Notes: generated by a model from the sequence alone, not told the origin. A stretch of 38,618 nucleotides of DNA from Hyphomicrobiales bacterium (GCA_025363375.1 JANYDZ010000159.1:1-38618); one strand, 5' to 3'. Counted from the first letter of the stretch, positions 15,484 to 25,419 are shown. Numbers and translations: made by a program.

Positions 15484-17114
15484 CAGACGCCTCGCGCATC
15501 CGCCAAAATCGTTTCCGCGGCCTTCTCCGCGATCATCATCGTCGGCGAATTCGTATTGCCCGATGTAATGCGCGGCATGATCGACGCGTCGGCGACGCGC
15601 AAGCGGCCGAGGCCGCGCACGCGCAGACGCTGGTCAACGACGGCCAGGGGATCGTGCGGCGCACCCATTTTTGCCGTGCCTACCGGATGGAATATGGTCG
15701 TGCCCAGCTCGCCCGAAGCGCGCAGGAGATCGTCGTCGCTGACGCATTCCACGCCGGGGCGAAACTCCAGTGGCGCAAATGGCGCGAGCGCCGGCGCCGC
15801 GCAGAGCTTTCGCGCCATGCGAATGGAATCGACGGCGACGCGCCGATCTTCTTCGGTCGAGAGATAGTTTGGATCGATGGCCGGCTGCGCGCTGCTATCG
15901 GGCGAGATGGCATGCACGCTGCCCCGGCTCGAAGGCCGCACGTTGGCGACGCTCAGCGTAATCGCCCCGAATTTGTGCATGGGCTCGCCAAACTTGTCGA
16001 GCGAGAGCGGCTGAATGTGAAACTGGATGTTCGATGTCGCGTAGTCCGGGCTCGATTTGGTGAATATGCCCAACTGCGACGGCGCCATCGTCAAAGGGCC
16101 GCGTCGGAACAGCGCGTAATCAACGCCCATCTTCGCGCGTTTGAACAGCGATTGATATTCGACGTTAAGCGTGCGCGTGTTGGAGACTTTGTAGATGGGG
16201 CGAATTTGCAGATGATCCTGCAGGTTTTCACCAACGCCCGGAACGTCCGCGACGGGCGAGACGCCCAGACTTTTAAGACGCGCGCCGCCGCCTATGCCAG
16301 ACAGTTCAAGAATGTGCGGCGTGCCGATCGCCCCGGCGCTGAGGATGATTTCGCCTTTGGCGCGCGCCGAAAAAGTCCGGCCGTCACGCGTGTAGACGAC
16401 CGTCCGCGCCTCGCCGTTCTCGACGCCGAGACGTTCGACATGTACGCCCGTTGTCAGCGTCAGATTTTGACGGTTCAATACAGGCTTCAAAAAGCCGCGG
16501 GCGGCGCTCCAGCGGCGGCCGGTCTTCTGGTTGACCTGAAAATAGGCGGCGCCGGTGTTGTCGCCCCGATTGAAATCCTCGATGCGGGGAACGCCGATTT
16601 GCGTGGCGGCTTCCAGCACGGCGTCGAGAATGGGCCAGTGAACGCGCGGTTCCTCAACGCGCCATTGGCCACCGGCTCCGTGCAGATCGCTCGCGCCCGC
16701 GAAATGATCCTCCTGCCTTTTGAAAAGCGGCAAAACGTCGTTCCAGCTCCAGCCTTCCAATCCGAGCTGGCGCCAGCCGTCATAATCGGCGGCCTGTCCA
16801 CGCATGTAGATCATCGCGTTAATGGCGGAGCATCCCCCGATCACACGGCCACGAGGATAGGCAAGCGCGCGATCGTTGAGCCCCCGCACCGGTTGCGTTT
16901 TAAACATCCAGTCGGCGCGTGGATTGCCGATGGCGAAGAGATAGCCGACGGGAATGTGAAACCAGATCCAGTCGTCCTTGCCGCCGGCTTCAAGCAACAG
17001 CACGCGGTTGCGCGGATCGGCGGACAGACGATTGGCCAGCACGCAACCGGCTGAGCCGGCGCCGACGATGATGTAATCAAATGTTCCAGCGTCCGACATC
17101 GCCTCGCCCGCCAT
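15483..17114 (-). CDS. GMC family FAD oxidoreductase (choline-dehydrogenase-like)
   Basis: FDYIIVGAGSAGCVLANRL, RGRVIGGCSAINAMIYMRG, GENLQDH, TIFHPVGT and GNTNSPTMMIAEK. Alternative start at 17099. Confidence 0.95.
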   Translation of the reverse strand: MAGEAMSDAGTFDYIIVGAGSAGCVLANRLSADPRNRVLLLEAGGKDDWIWFHIPVGYLFAIGNPRADWMFKTQPVRGLNDRALAYPRGRVIGGCSAINAMIYMRGQAADYDGWRQLGLEGWSWNDVLPLFKRQEDHFAGASDLHGAGGQWRVEEPRVHWPILDAVLEAATQIGVPRIEDFNRGDNTGAAYFQVNQKTGRRWSAARGFLKPVLNRQNLTLTTGVHVERLGVENGEARTVVYTRDGRTFSARAKGEIILSAGAIGTPHILELSGIGGGARLKSLGVSPVADVPGVGENLQDHLQIRPIYKVSNTRTLNVEYQSLFKRAKMGVDYALFRRGPLTMAPSQLGIFTKSSPDYATSNIQFHIQPLSLDKFGEPMHKFGAITLSVANVRPSSRGSVHAISPDSSAQPAIDPNYLSTEEDRRVAVDSIRMARKLCAAPALAPFAPLEFRPGVECVSDDDLLRASGELGTTIFHPVGTAKMGAPHDPLAVVDQRLRVRGLGRLRVADASIMPRITSGNTNSPTMMIAEKAAETILADARGV

Positions 17115-17180
17115 TCACATGCTCCAGACTTGTCCACCGCAGTTTCCGCCATCCGCGCGCGGCGGGCAAGGCGGCGGAAC

Positions 17181-17951
17181 TCAGGCTGTTGGCGGAAGGC
17201 TCGCGCCGATCACAAGGCCGCCGTTCGTCTGAACGGCTTCAATGCGCACGCCGAAGACGCCTTCGATGCGTCCGTCGGCCAGCATGTCTTTCGGCGCGGC
17301 GTCGGCCAAAAGCGCGCCCGACGCGAAAAGCAAAACGCGATCGGCATAACGCATGGCAAGCGAGAGATCGTGCAGGACCGCGACCACGCAGCGGCCGGCT
17401 TTGCTTTCCGCTTTCAGGATTTCCATCACGTTGAGCTGCCAGGCCGGATCCAGCGACGCCACGGGTTCATCGAGCAGAAGTATTTTCGCGTCCGACGCCA
17501 GCGCGCGCGCCAGCAATATGCGCGCGCGTTCCCCGCCGGAGAGTTCCGTCGCGGGGCGATCAGCGATGGTTGCGAGACCGCAAGCGTCGAGCGCGCGTTC
17601 CACGGCGTCTCGATCCCGCTTGCGCGCGCCAAACGGCAGCCGCCCCAGCGCAACGATCTCCCGCACCGGCAGCGGCCAGGCGATGGTTCCGCGCTGTTCC
17701 AGATAGGCCAGCGAACAGGCGCGCGCGACGGCATCCATCGCGCGCCAGTCGGCGCCTTCAAATGTTATGGCGCCCGTTGACGCGACGAGGCCAGCGAGCG
17801 CGCGAAGGAACGTCGTCTTGCCGGCGCCGTTGGGACCGATGACCGTGATGAGTTCGGCGGGGTTCAACGACGCGCTTACATCCTCCAAAACCAGGCGCTC
17901 GCCAAGGCGGACGTCAAGACGGCTCGCCGTCAAAAACGAAGGCGCGCTCAT
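17181..17951 (-). CDS. btuD: Cobalamin/Fe-siderophore ABC transporter ATP-binding protein
   Basis: Walker A GPNGAGKT, signature LSGGE, Walker B LLLDEP, H-loop VLHDL. ATG at 17951 overlaps the permease stop (ATGA). Confidence 0.88.
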   Translation of the reverse strand: MSAPSFLTASRLDVRLGERLVLEDVSASLNPAELITVIGPNGAGKTTFLRALAGLVASTGAITFEGADWRAMDAVARACSLAYLEQRGTIAWPLPVREIVALGRLPFGARKRDRDAVERALDACGLATIADRPATELSGGERARILLARALASDAKILLLDEPVASLDPAWQLNVMEILKAESKAGRCVVAVLHDLSLAMRYADRVLLFASGALLADAAPKDMLADGRIEGVFGVRIEAVQTNGGLVIGASLPPTA

Positions 17952-18985
17952 TGCGGCCCCCCGACAAAATAGGCTCTCTGCGTCGCCACCAGCCAAAGAA
18001 ACAACGGTACGCCCATAGCGGCGGTAAGCACGCCAATGCGGATTTCGCTGGTGGCGGGAATGAGCCGCACGCCAATGTCCGCCGCAGTGAGCAGCAGCGC
18101 GCCCGTGAGCGCCGACGGAATCAGCACGCGTTGCGGATCGCTCCCGACAAGCGGCCGCACGAGATGCGGCGCGACGAGGCCGACGAAGCCGATGGCGCCG
18201 GAGACCGCGACCGACGCGCCCACGCCGATGGAAACGCCGACGATGGTCAGGAGGCGCAAGCGATCCACATTGACGCCCAGCGTGCCGGCGACATCTTCGC
18301 CCAGGGTCAGCGCGCGATAGCCGCGCCCGGCGGCGAGCAGCATCGCCGTCGCGATCGCGATGAACGGAACGGACATCAGCACGTGTCGCAAAGAGCGGTC
18401 TTCAAACGAACCCATCAACCAGAAGACGATCTCGGTCACCGCGAATGGGTTGGGCGAAAGGTTGATGACCAGCGATGTCGCGGCGCCCGCCAGCGTGCCG
18501 ACGGCGAGGCCGGCGAGAATCATCGTGACGAGATGCGCGCCGCGGCCCGCCACCAGAACCACAAGCGCGATGGAGAGGCCAGCGCCCGCCATCGCCGCAA
18601 GCGGCAGCGCGAAAGAAAACGCATCCGCAAGGCCGGCGTAGAGAACCATAGCCGCGCCAAGCGCGGCGGCTTGCGGCGCGCCGAAAATGGCGGGTTCGGC
18701 CAGTGGATTGCGCAGCAGACCTTGCAACGCGGCGCCGCACAGGCCGAGCATCGCGCCAACGCTGAGGGACAACAGCAAGCGCGGCAGGCGGATTTCGCGG
18801 ACGATGATTCCGGGCACGGATTCGGGCGCCGTAAACCCGCGCAAAACGTCCGCGGTCGAAAGGCCGGCGGGGCCGACGAGCAGCGATGCAATTGCGAGAA
18901 GCGCGAGCGCCGCGCAAAGCGTCATCGTCAAGGCGGCGGGCGACAGCCGCCGGGACCATGGCCGTTTTGCCCGCGCGCCGCTCAT
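17948..18985 (-). CDS. btuC: FecCD/BtuC family ABC permease
   Basis: IRLPR, GAALQGLLRNPLAEP, LGEDVAGTLG and GAIGFVGLVAPH. Lies in the riboswitch-controlled operon. Confidence 0.9.
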   Translation of the reverse strand: MSGARAKRPWSRRLSPAALTMTLCAALALLAIASLLVGPAGLSTADVLRGFTAPESVPGIIVREIRLPRLLLSLSVGAMLGLCGAALQGLLRNPLAEPAIFGAPQAAALGAAMVLYAGLADAFSFALPLAAMAGAGLSIALVVLVAGRGAHLVTMILAGLAVGTLAGAATSLVINLSPNPFAVTEIVFWLMGSFEDRSLRHVLMSVPFIAIATAMLLAAGRGYRALTLGEDVAGTLGVNVDRLRLLTIVGVSIGVGASVAVSGAIGFVGLVAPHLVRPLVGSDPQRVLIPSALTGALLLTAADIGVRLIPATSEIRIGVLTAAMGVPLFLWLVATQRAYFVGGPQ

Positions 18986-18998
18986 GGGTTCTCCCGAA

Positions 18999-20972
18999 TC
19001 AAAAGCTTGCCTTCACACCGGCGTAGAACGAGCGTCCCGCAACCTGGTAGTTGAGGATCTCTTCATAGCGCGCGTTGCCGATGTTTTCGAGGCGGGCAAA
19101 AATCGAAAGCGTGTCGTTGACCTGGTAATTGGCGCGCAAATCGAAGCGCGCGTAGGAAGCGAGCTTAACGGGCGCGGGGAATGCGAAATCCATCTTGCCG
19201 CCAACAAGTGTCACGCGTCCCTCGACTTCAAGTTTGGGAACGCCCGTGTAGATCAGCGACAGGGAACCCTTGTTGCGCGGCCGCTGCAGGAGATCTGTTT
19301 TCAGTAATTCGTCCTTCGCGATCATATAGGTGTAGCTGGCGCGGGCGCGCCACGCGTCGGGCACAATGACCGCGTCGGCCGACGCTTCCGCGCCATAGGT
19401 GACGGCGCGATTGACGTTGAAGTAACAGCCGAAAAACTGCGCGGGCGCGCAGGTGGGCACGGCGCCGAAGTCGATGAGTTCCCTATATTTGTTGTAAAAG
19501 AGCGTCGCCGAGAGATTCACGCGCCCGTCCCAGAGGCTTTGATCGACGCCGGCGTCAAAGCCGATATTGCGTTCCGGATTAAGCATGGGATTTCCAAAAT
19601 CGCTGAACCGCTGAAAAAGCGATGGCGCCTTTGCGCCCGTGCCCGCGCTGGCGCGCAATTTCGTTCCGCTTTCCGGAAAGCGATAAGCAATGGCGGCGCG
19701 CCAAGTCGGAAAAGTCCGCCCCCCCGCAACCGCGTCGACGCGGCCGCCAAGCGAAACGTCCATACGCTCGCCGAGGCTGAACTGATGCAGCGCGAAGACC
19801 GAATTAATGGTCTGTCGGTTCGACGTGTTCACGAAAAATGGGCCGGGATAGGCAATCGGATAGTCCTGCGACGTCTTCGCGGTTTCGGTTTCCGTGCGCG
19901 CGCCGAACACCAAAAGGCCGTAGGATCCAAGCTTCAGATCTCCCTGATATTCCGCGCCCATCCGATTGCCGCGAAAATTGGAGACGCAACTGGAGGTGAA
20001 ATCCTGACAGGACTCGGTCTGCGCGATCGCCCGGTCCATTGAATTGGCGAAGAGGGTCAGCGTGTTCTTCAATCGTCCGTCGAACGTATCAATGTGGGCG
20101 CGCGTAAAGATGTTGCCCGTCCATTGTTTCTGCGCGTTGAAACGGTCGTAGATATTGGCGGGAACGAAGGCGAAGGGATTGTCGATGGTCAAGCGATTGA
20201 AGCTGCCCGTCGTGCCCATTTCAATCTCGACGCTGTCGCTGGCGCGCCAGGATACGCGTCCACTGACGCCGACGCGGTTGGTTGGATCGCTCTTGGGAAT
20301 GGCCGGCCACGTTCCGAGGCGAACGCGGGATTTATCGACGTAACGGGCGAACCCGTCGCTATGCAGCATATCGATTCCGAAAGCATACGAAAGATTGTCG
20401 CTCGCGCCGGAGACTACGCCGCGCGCGTGCAGCGTGCCGTAGGAGCCGCCTTCGAGCAGCACGGAGGAGCGATCGCCTTTCCGCCCCTTGCGGGTGATGA
20501 TGTTGATGACCCCGCCCATCGCGTCGGAGCCGTAGAGCGCGGATTGCGGGCCACGCAGAACTTCAATGCGATCGACATCGACGACGGCCATGGCGCCAAG
20601 ATCGAACGCGCCGTCGGTGCCCGTGGGATCGCCGACGCGGATGCCGTCGATCAGGATCAGCGTCTGGCCGGGGTTGGAGCCGCGCAAAGTCGCGTTGGCA
20701 AGCGTGCCGGTTCCGCCGCTTTCGCGGATATCAAGTCCCGGGACAGATCGCAGGACATCGACAATTCCCCTGGCGCCGCTATTCACAATCTCCGCGGCTT
20801 CAATGACGGTGACGGCGCTGCCCGAACGGGCAATCTCCAATGGCGACCGCGTGGCGGTCACGATGATGGGCGGCAGTGGTTCCACGGCCCGCTGGGCGTG
20901 CGAACCGCTATTGACGACGACAAGCGTGAGAAAGCCCGGCGCGAGCGCCCGGGCCATGCGAAGACCGTACAT
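18999..20972 (-). CDS. btuB: TonB-dependent cobalamin receptor
   Basis: Signal peptide, IIVTATR TonB box, plug motifs LIDGIR and RIEVLRGPQSALYGSDAMGGVINII, C-terminal Phe. Directly downstream of a cobalamin riboswitch; AGGAG SD. Confidence 0.92.
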   Translation of the reverse strand: MYGLRMARALAPGFLTLVVVNSGSHAQRAVEPLPPIIVTATRSPLEIARSGSAVTVIEAAEIVNSGARGIVDVLRSVPGLDIRESGGTGTLANATLRGSNPGQTLILIDGIRVGDPTGTDGAFDLGAMAVVDVDRIEVLRGPQSALYGSDAMGGVINIITRKGRKGDRSSVLLEGGSYGTLHARGVVSGASDNLSYAFGIDMLHSDGFARYVDKSRVRLGTWPAIPKSDPTNRVGVSGRVSWRASDSVEIEMGTTGSFNRLTIDNPFAFVPANIYDRFNAQKQWTGNIFTRAHIDTFDGRLKNTLTLFANSMDRAIAQTESCQDFTSSCVSNFRGNRMGAEYQGDLKLGSYGLLVFGARTETETAKTSQDYPIAYPGPFFVNTSNRQTINSVFALHQFSLGERMDVSLGGRVDAVAGGRTFPTWRAAIAYRFPESGTKLRASAGTGAKAPSLFQRFSDFGNPMLNPERNIGFDAGVDQSLWDGRVNLSATLFYNKYRELIDFGAVPTCAPAQFFGCYFNVNRAVTYGAEASADAVIVPDAWRARASYTYMIAKDELLKTDLLQRPRNKGSLSLIYTGVPKLEVEGRVTLVGGKMDFAFPAPVKLASYARFDLRANYQVNDTLSIFARLENIGNARYEEILNYQVAGRSFYAGVKASF

Positions 20973-21013
20973 AATTGCTCCTTCCGTCCCGCCGACGGAT
21001 TTCGAGTGACACG

Positions 21014-21196
21014 ATCGCTGGTCGGTCTCCTGGCTCGCGGGTCGTGGCCTCTTCCGGTCTTCCCAAAGCGCGGGGCTTCAGTGACATGGTCGAAAGAGGC
21101 TCGCCGCTTACAGTTGCGGGGGCAGCCGCGGCATTGGGGTTGCCCCCGCACCGCATTCCCGTTTAACCGCCAGTATTTAACTGGCGGGCCAACGAT
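21014..21196 (-). ncRNA. Cobalamin (B12) riboswitch
   Basis: Minus strand shows AAACGGGAATGCGGTG, CCGCGGCTGCCCCCGCAACTGTAAGCGGCGAG, CACTG...GGGAAG and the B12 box GAGCCAGGAGACC. P1 is ATCGTTGG paired with CCAGCGAT. Confidence 0.96.
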
Positions 21197-21202
21197 GGAT
21201 TG

Positions 21203-21231
21203 GTTCTAGGGGGTGGCGTCGCGGTTGGCAA
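21203..21231 (-). promoter_or_regulatory. Putative sigma70 promoter for riboswitch-btuBCD
   Basis: TTGCCA-N17-TAGAAC on the minus strand, placing +1 right at the start of riboswitch P1. Confidence 0.65.
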
Positions 21232-21266
21232 TGGGTATGTTGGCGGCGCTTTCAAACGAGGTTCCC

Positions 21267-22100
21267 GTGATTTTTCGCTTCTTGCTCGCGCTGATTGGTC
21301 TGGCGACCGCGCTCGCGCCCGGCGCCCGCGCAGCCGAAACTCCGCGCCGCATCGCGTCGGCGAACCTGTGCGCCGATCAGCTTCTGCTGGAACTCGCGGA
21401 CCCTGGACAGATCCTTTCGCTCAGCCCTTTCGCGCGCGACCCGGAGCTTTCCTGGTTCGCCGAACGCGCGCAAAAATATCCCGCCAACCGCGGCTCCGGC
21501 GAAGACATCGTGCGTCTCGACGCGGACCTCGTGCTCACCGGGCCCTACGACAATCGTTACACGCGCGCGCTGCTTTCCGCGCGCGGCCTGCGTTTTGTGG
21601 CGCTCAATCCGTGGACGAGCTTTGCGCAGGGTTTTGCGGAAGTCCGCGCTCTTGCGGATGTTCTTGGCCACCGTGACCGCGGCGAGGCGTTGGTCGCGCG
21701 CATCGAGGCGGCGCTGGCGAAGATCGACGCAAGCCATGCTAAACAGGCGACAAGCCTTGTGCTGCATCGGCGTGGCTTTGTTTATCACACGGGCCTGTCC
21801 GGAGAGATATCGCAGCGCGCCGGTCTGCGCGACATGGCGCCCGAGATGGGGATTTCGGGTTCCGGTTTTGTCAGTCTTGAGGCGCTGGCGAAGGCGCGGC
21901 CGGAATATCTGCTGGTGTCGAGCGCGGATTTCACCGCCATGGATCAAGGCCAGGCCTTTATGGTTCATCCCGCGCTGCGCGCCTTCTGGCCGGCCGAAAG
22001 GCGGCTTGTGTTGCCGGACAAGCTGACCATCTGCGGCGGGCCTTCGACCCCCGCCCTGATCGAACAGATCATTGCGGAGGTCGATGCCAAGGTGAAATGA
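21267..22100 (+). CDS. btuF: Periplasmic cobalamin-binding protein (BtuF-like)
   Basis: Signal peptide ending ARA, RIASANLCADQLLLELAD, EDIVRLDADLVL and C-terminal TICGGP. GTG start at 21267 chosen for its GAGG SD; start uncertain. Confidence 0.82.
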   Translation: MIFRFLLALIGLATALAPGARAAETPRRIASANLCADQLLLELADPGQILSLSPFARDPELSWFAERAQKYPANRGSGEDIVRLDADLVLTGPYDNRYTRALLSARGLRFVALNPWTSFAQGFAEVRALADVLGHRDRGEALVARIEAALAKIDASHAKQATSLVLHRRGFVYHTGLSGEISQRAGLRDMAPEMGISGSGFVSLEALAKARPEYLLVSSADFTAMDQGQAFMVHPALRAFWPAERRLVLPDKLTICGGPSTPALIEQIIAEVDAKVK

Positions 22101-22101
22101 G

Positions 22102-22647
22102 TCAGAGCGCGATGTCGGGGGCGCGCGCAGGCTTGATTTGCAAAGGCAGGCCGGCATTCATCAGCACAACATGGCCGCACACCGCAACGACCGCCTGATT
22201 AAGCCGACCCTGCGCGTCGCGAAAGCGTCGGCCCAATTCGGTGGCGGGAACGACGCCCTGGCCGACTTCATTGCTAACGAAGATCACGGGGCCGCGCAGA
22301 GCGGGGATCGTCCGCGCGAGTTCACGCGACTCCGTCTCGACATCCGCTTCCGCCAGCATGAGATTGGTCAGCCAGAGCGTGAGGCAGTCGACGACAATGA
22401 CGCGCGCTGGATCAGCCGCTGCGCGCAGCGCCTCAAGGAGTTTCATCGGTTCCTCAATGGTTTGCCAACCGGCGCCGCGTTCCGCGCGGTGGCGCGCGAT
22501 GCGCTCCGCCATTTCGGCGTCCCCGGCCTGCGCGGCCGCGATCAGAATGAGTTCACGCCCGCTGCGCTCCGCGAGTGATTGCGCGTAGATGCTCTTGCCG
22601 GAACGCGCGCCTCCGACGACAAGAACCGACCGGACTTTTTCGCTCAT
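22102..22647 (-). CDS. cobU: Bifunctional adenosylcobinamide kinase / adenosylcobinamide-phosphate guanylyltransferase (CobU/CobP)
   Basis: GGARSGKS, DAEMAERIARHRAERG..W.TIEEP, VVDCLTLWLTN, VSNEVGQG and FRDAQGRLNQ. Start at MSEKV. Confidence 0.94.
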   Translation of the reverse strand: MSEKVRSVLVVGGARSGKSIYAQSLAERSGRELILIAAAQAGDAEMAERIARHRAERGAGWQTIEEPMKLLEALRAAADPARVIVVDCLTLWLTNLMLAEADVETESRELARTIPALRGPVIFVSNEVGQGVVPATELGRRFRDAQGRLNQAVVAVCGHVVLMNAGLPLQIKPARAPDIAL

Positions 22648-22735
22648 GTGGCTCCCAACCGCCCGCGTGCAAATCGCCGCCCCGCCGGCTATCATCCCCA
22701 AACAACACGCGTTAAGGGGCAAGCCGCCGCAACCC

Positions 22736-23890
22736 ATGAATTCCATTTTCGCCGATCTGCCAACCACCGTCTTTGAAGTCATGTCGGTGCTCGCCCGCGA
22801 AAAGCAGGCGATCAACCTTGGGCAGGGCTTTCCTGACGATCCTGGACCGGAGGACGTTCGCCGCAAGGCGGCTGAAGCTGTAATGGACGGCTACAATCAA
22901 TATCCCTCCATGATGGGCCTGCCTGAATTGCGGACAGCCATAGCAGAGCATTACAAGCGCTTCCAGAACATCGATCTCGATGCCGGGCGCGAAGTGATGG
23001 TGACGTCCGGCGCGACCGAAGCCATTGCCGGCGCCATTTTCGGCGCCATCGAGCCCGGCGACGAGGTCGTCTTGTTTCAGCCGACTTACGACGCCTATCT
23101 GCCGCTGGTGCGGCGTGCCGGCGGCGTCGCCAAATTCGTCACGCTGAGGCCGCCGCACTGGACCTTTTCGGAGGCCGATCTCGCCGCCGCCTTCTCGCCG
23201 CGCACGCGCGCCGTCGTATTCAACAATCCGCTCAACCCCAGCGGCGTTGTTTACGCGCGGGAACAACTCGAACTGCTGGCGCGGTTCTGCGCGCGGTTCG
23301 ACGCCATCGCCATATGCGACGAGGTCTGGGAGCATGTGATCTTCGACGGACGCGAACATGTGTCCATGCTGAACATTCCCTCAATGCGCGAACGCGTCAT
23401 CAAGATCGGTTCGGCGGGCAAGATTTTCTCGCTGACGGGATGGAAGGTCGGGCTTGTCGCGGCGGCGCCGGACATTCTGAAAGTCATCGCGAAGTCGCAT
23501 CAATTTTTGACTTTCACCACGCCGCCCAATCTCCAGGCCGCGGTCGCCTATGGACTGGGCAAGGACGAGGCGTATTTCAAAACCATGCGCGCCGCCTATC
23601 AGCGCAGCCGGGACCGGTTTTGCGCTGGCCTGTCGGCGCTCGGATTTCCGGTGATCCCCAGTCAGGGCACCTATTTCGTCAATGTGGATATTGCGCCGCT
23701 GGGCTTTCACGACGATGTCGCCTTTTGCCATCGCCTGGTGGAAAACTTCGGCGTGGCCGCGATTCCCGTCTCGGCGTTCTACGCGGAGAACCACGTCCGC
23801 AATGTCGTGCGTTTCTGTTTCGCCAAGCACGACGCGACGCTTGACGCTGGCCTTGCGCGGCTTGAAAACGCGGCGAGAAAATCATCCTGA
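22736..23890 (+). CDS. Class I PLP aminotransferase (YbdL/kynurenine-glutamine transaminase-like)
   Basis: INLGQGFPD, VTSGATEA, NNPLNPSG, CDEVWEH, PLP lysine in SAGKIFSLTGWKVG, RFCFAK. Start at MNSIF. Confidence 0.93.
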   Translation: MNSIFADLPTTVFEVMSVLAREKQAINLGQGFPDDPGPEDVRRKAAEAVMDGYNQYPSMMGLPELRTAIAEHYKRFQNIDLDAGREVMVTSGATEAIAGAIFGAIEPGDEVVLFQPTYDAYLPLVRRAGGVAKFVTLRPPHWTFSEADLAAAFSPRTRAVVFNNPLNPSGVVYAREQLELLARFCARFDAIAICDEVWEHVIFDGREHVSMLNIPSMRERVIKIGSAGKIFSLTGWKVGLVAAAPDILKVIAKSHQFLTFTTPPNLQAAVAYGLGKDEAYFKTMRAAYQRSRDRFCAGLSALGFPVIPSQGTYFVNVDIAPLGFHDDVAFCHRLVENFGVAAIPVSAFYAENHVRNVVRFCFAKHDATLDAGLARLENAARKSS

Positions 23891-23902
23891 CGAGGTCGCA
23901 CC

Positions 23903-24988
23903 ATGCGTATTCCGAACGCCGCCTGCGCGCTTCTCATGGGCACGACGCTCGTCGCGCAAGCCCAGCAGAGCGTCGTCAACGTCTACAATTGGTCGGATTA
24001 CGTAGATCCGCGCGTGCTTGACGAATTCACCAAAGAAACCGGAATCAAGGTCGTCTACGACACCTATGATTCGAACGAAACGCTGGAAACCAAGCTTCTG
24101 GCGGGCAAGACCGATTACGACATTGTCGTGCCCTCGGCGACCTTTCTGCAACGGCAGATTCAGGCCGGCGTGTTTCAGAAGCTCGATCGATCGAAGCTGC
24201 CGAACTACAAGGGCCTGTGGCCCGACATCATGACTCGCCTCGCAGCCTACGATCCCGGCAACCAATACGCCGTGAACTACATGTGGTTCACCACGGGCAT
24301 CGCCTACAACAGCGCGAAAATCCAGCAGCGGATCGGCGACAAGACGCCGGATTCCTGGGACGTCGTTTTTAAGGGCGACAATCTCAAACGCGTCGCCGAT
24401 TGCGGCGTCTACATGCTCGATTCCCCCGAAGACATGATCACCGCCGCGCTGAAGTTTCTCGGACTTAATCCCGATTCAAAAAAGCCCGACGACATCCGCA
24501 AGGCCGCCGACGCGCTGACGCGCGTCAAAGGCGGCGTGAAAAAATTTCATTCGTCCGAATATATCAACGCGCTCGCCAACGGCGACATCTGTCTGGCCGT
24601 CGGCTGGGCCGGCGACGCCTTTCAGGCGCGCAACCGGGCCCGCGAGGCCAACAACGGCGTCGACGTCAATTACGTGATTCCGAAGGAGGGCGCGCTCATG
24701 TCCCTCGACAACCTCGCCATCCCCAAGGACGCGCCGCACCTGGAGGCGGCTTATCAATTCATCGACTTTCTGTTGCGTCCGGAGGTCGCGGCGCGCAACA
24801 CGGCGATCACCAATTTCGCCAACGGCGTGCTGGCTTCAAAGGCGCATATCGACAAGGAAATTCTCGACAACAAGTCGATCTACCCCAACGACGACGTATT
24901 GAGGCGCCTCTACACGATCACCGCCAACGATCAGGCGACGCAACGCGTGGTGACCCGCGAGTGGACGCGGGTGAAAACAGGGAAATGA
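23903..24988 (+). CDS. potF: Polyamine (putrescine) ABC transporter substrate-binding protein
   Basis: VNVYNWSDY, DTYDSNETLETKLLAG..YDIVVPS, YMWFTTGIAYN, HSSEYINALANGDIC and WTRVKTGK. Confidence 0.9.
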   Translation: MRIPNAACALLMGTTLVAQAQQSVVNVYNWSDYVDPRVLDEFTKETGIKVVYDTYDSNETLETKLLAGKTDYDIVVPSATFLQRQIQAGVFQKLDRSKLPNYKGLWPDIMTRLAAYDPGNQYAVNYMWFTTGIAYNSAKIQQRIGDKTPDSWDVVFKGDNLKRVADCGVYMLDSPEDMITAALKFLGLNPDSKKPDDIRKAADALTRVKGGVKKFHSSEYINALANGDICLAVGWAGDAFQARNRAREANNGVDVNYVIPKEGALMSLDNLAIPKDAPHLEAAYQFIDFLLRPEVAARNTAITNFANGVLASKAHIDKEILDNKSIYPNDDVLRRLYTITANDQATQRVVTREWTRVKTGK

Positions 24989-25022
24989 AAACGGCCCGCG
25001 CCGGGGTCGCCGGATCGGGCCG
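24988..25022 (-). terminator. Probable intrinsic terminator between convergent potF and trxA
   Basis: CGGCCCG..CCGG-loop-CCGG..CGGGCCG stem, followed by TTTTC on the minus strand. Confidence 0.55.
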
Positions 25023-25041
25023 CCCATGGATCGACGGCGAA

Positions 25042-25362
25042 TCAGATCGCGCCGGTAATCCACTTGCTGAGTTCGCCCTTGGGGGCCGCGCCGACTTTCT
25101 GCGACGCCAGCTTGCCGTCCTTGAACAGCATGAGCGTAGGGATGGAGCGAATGCCAAGCTTGCCGGGAACGCCCGGGTTCTCGTCAACGTTCATTTTTAC
25201 GATTTTGACCTTGCCGTGCATTTCGGCGGCGATTTCCTCAAGCGAGGGGCCGATCATCTTGCAGGGGCCGCACCATTCCGCCCAGAAATCGACCACGACC
25301 GGCTCGCTGGACTTCAGGACATCGGCTTCGAAACTTGCGTCGGTGACTTTGGCGGTCGACAT
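25042..25362 (-). CDS. trxA: Thioredoxin
   Basis: [13 protein letters not shown] and IRSIPTL; conserved position after addA. Confidence 0.98.
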   Translation of the reverse strand: MSTAKVTDASFEADVLKSSEPVVVDFWAEWCGPCKMIGPSLEEIAAEMHGKVKIVKMNVDENPGVPGKLGIRSIPTLMLFKDGKLASQKVGAAPKGELSKWITGAI

Positions 25363-25419
25363 AGGCGCCTCGCGGTGCGGGTGGCTGGCGCGAAATGCGC
25401 CGCTCGGGATGTCCGGAAC

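Noticed and set aside
21163-21180. TTAA...TTAA pair as a CtrA box
   Set aside because: The spacing is 10 rather than 7, and it forms part of a riboswitch stem-loop.
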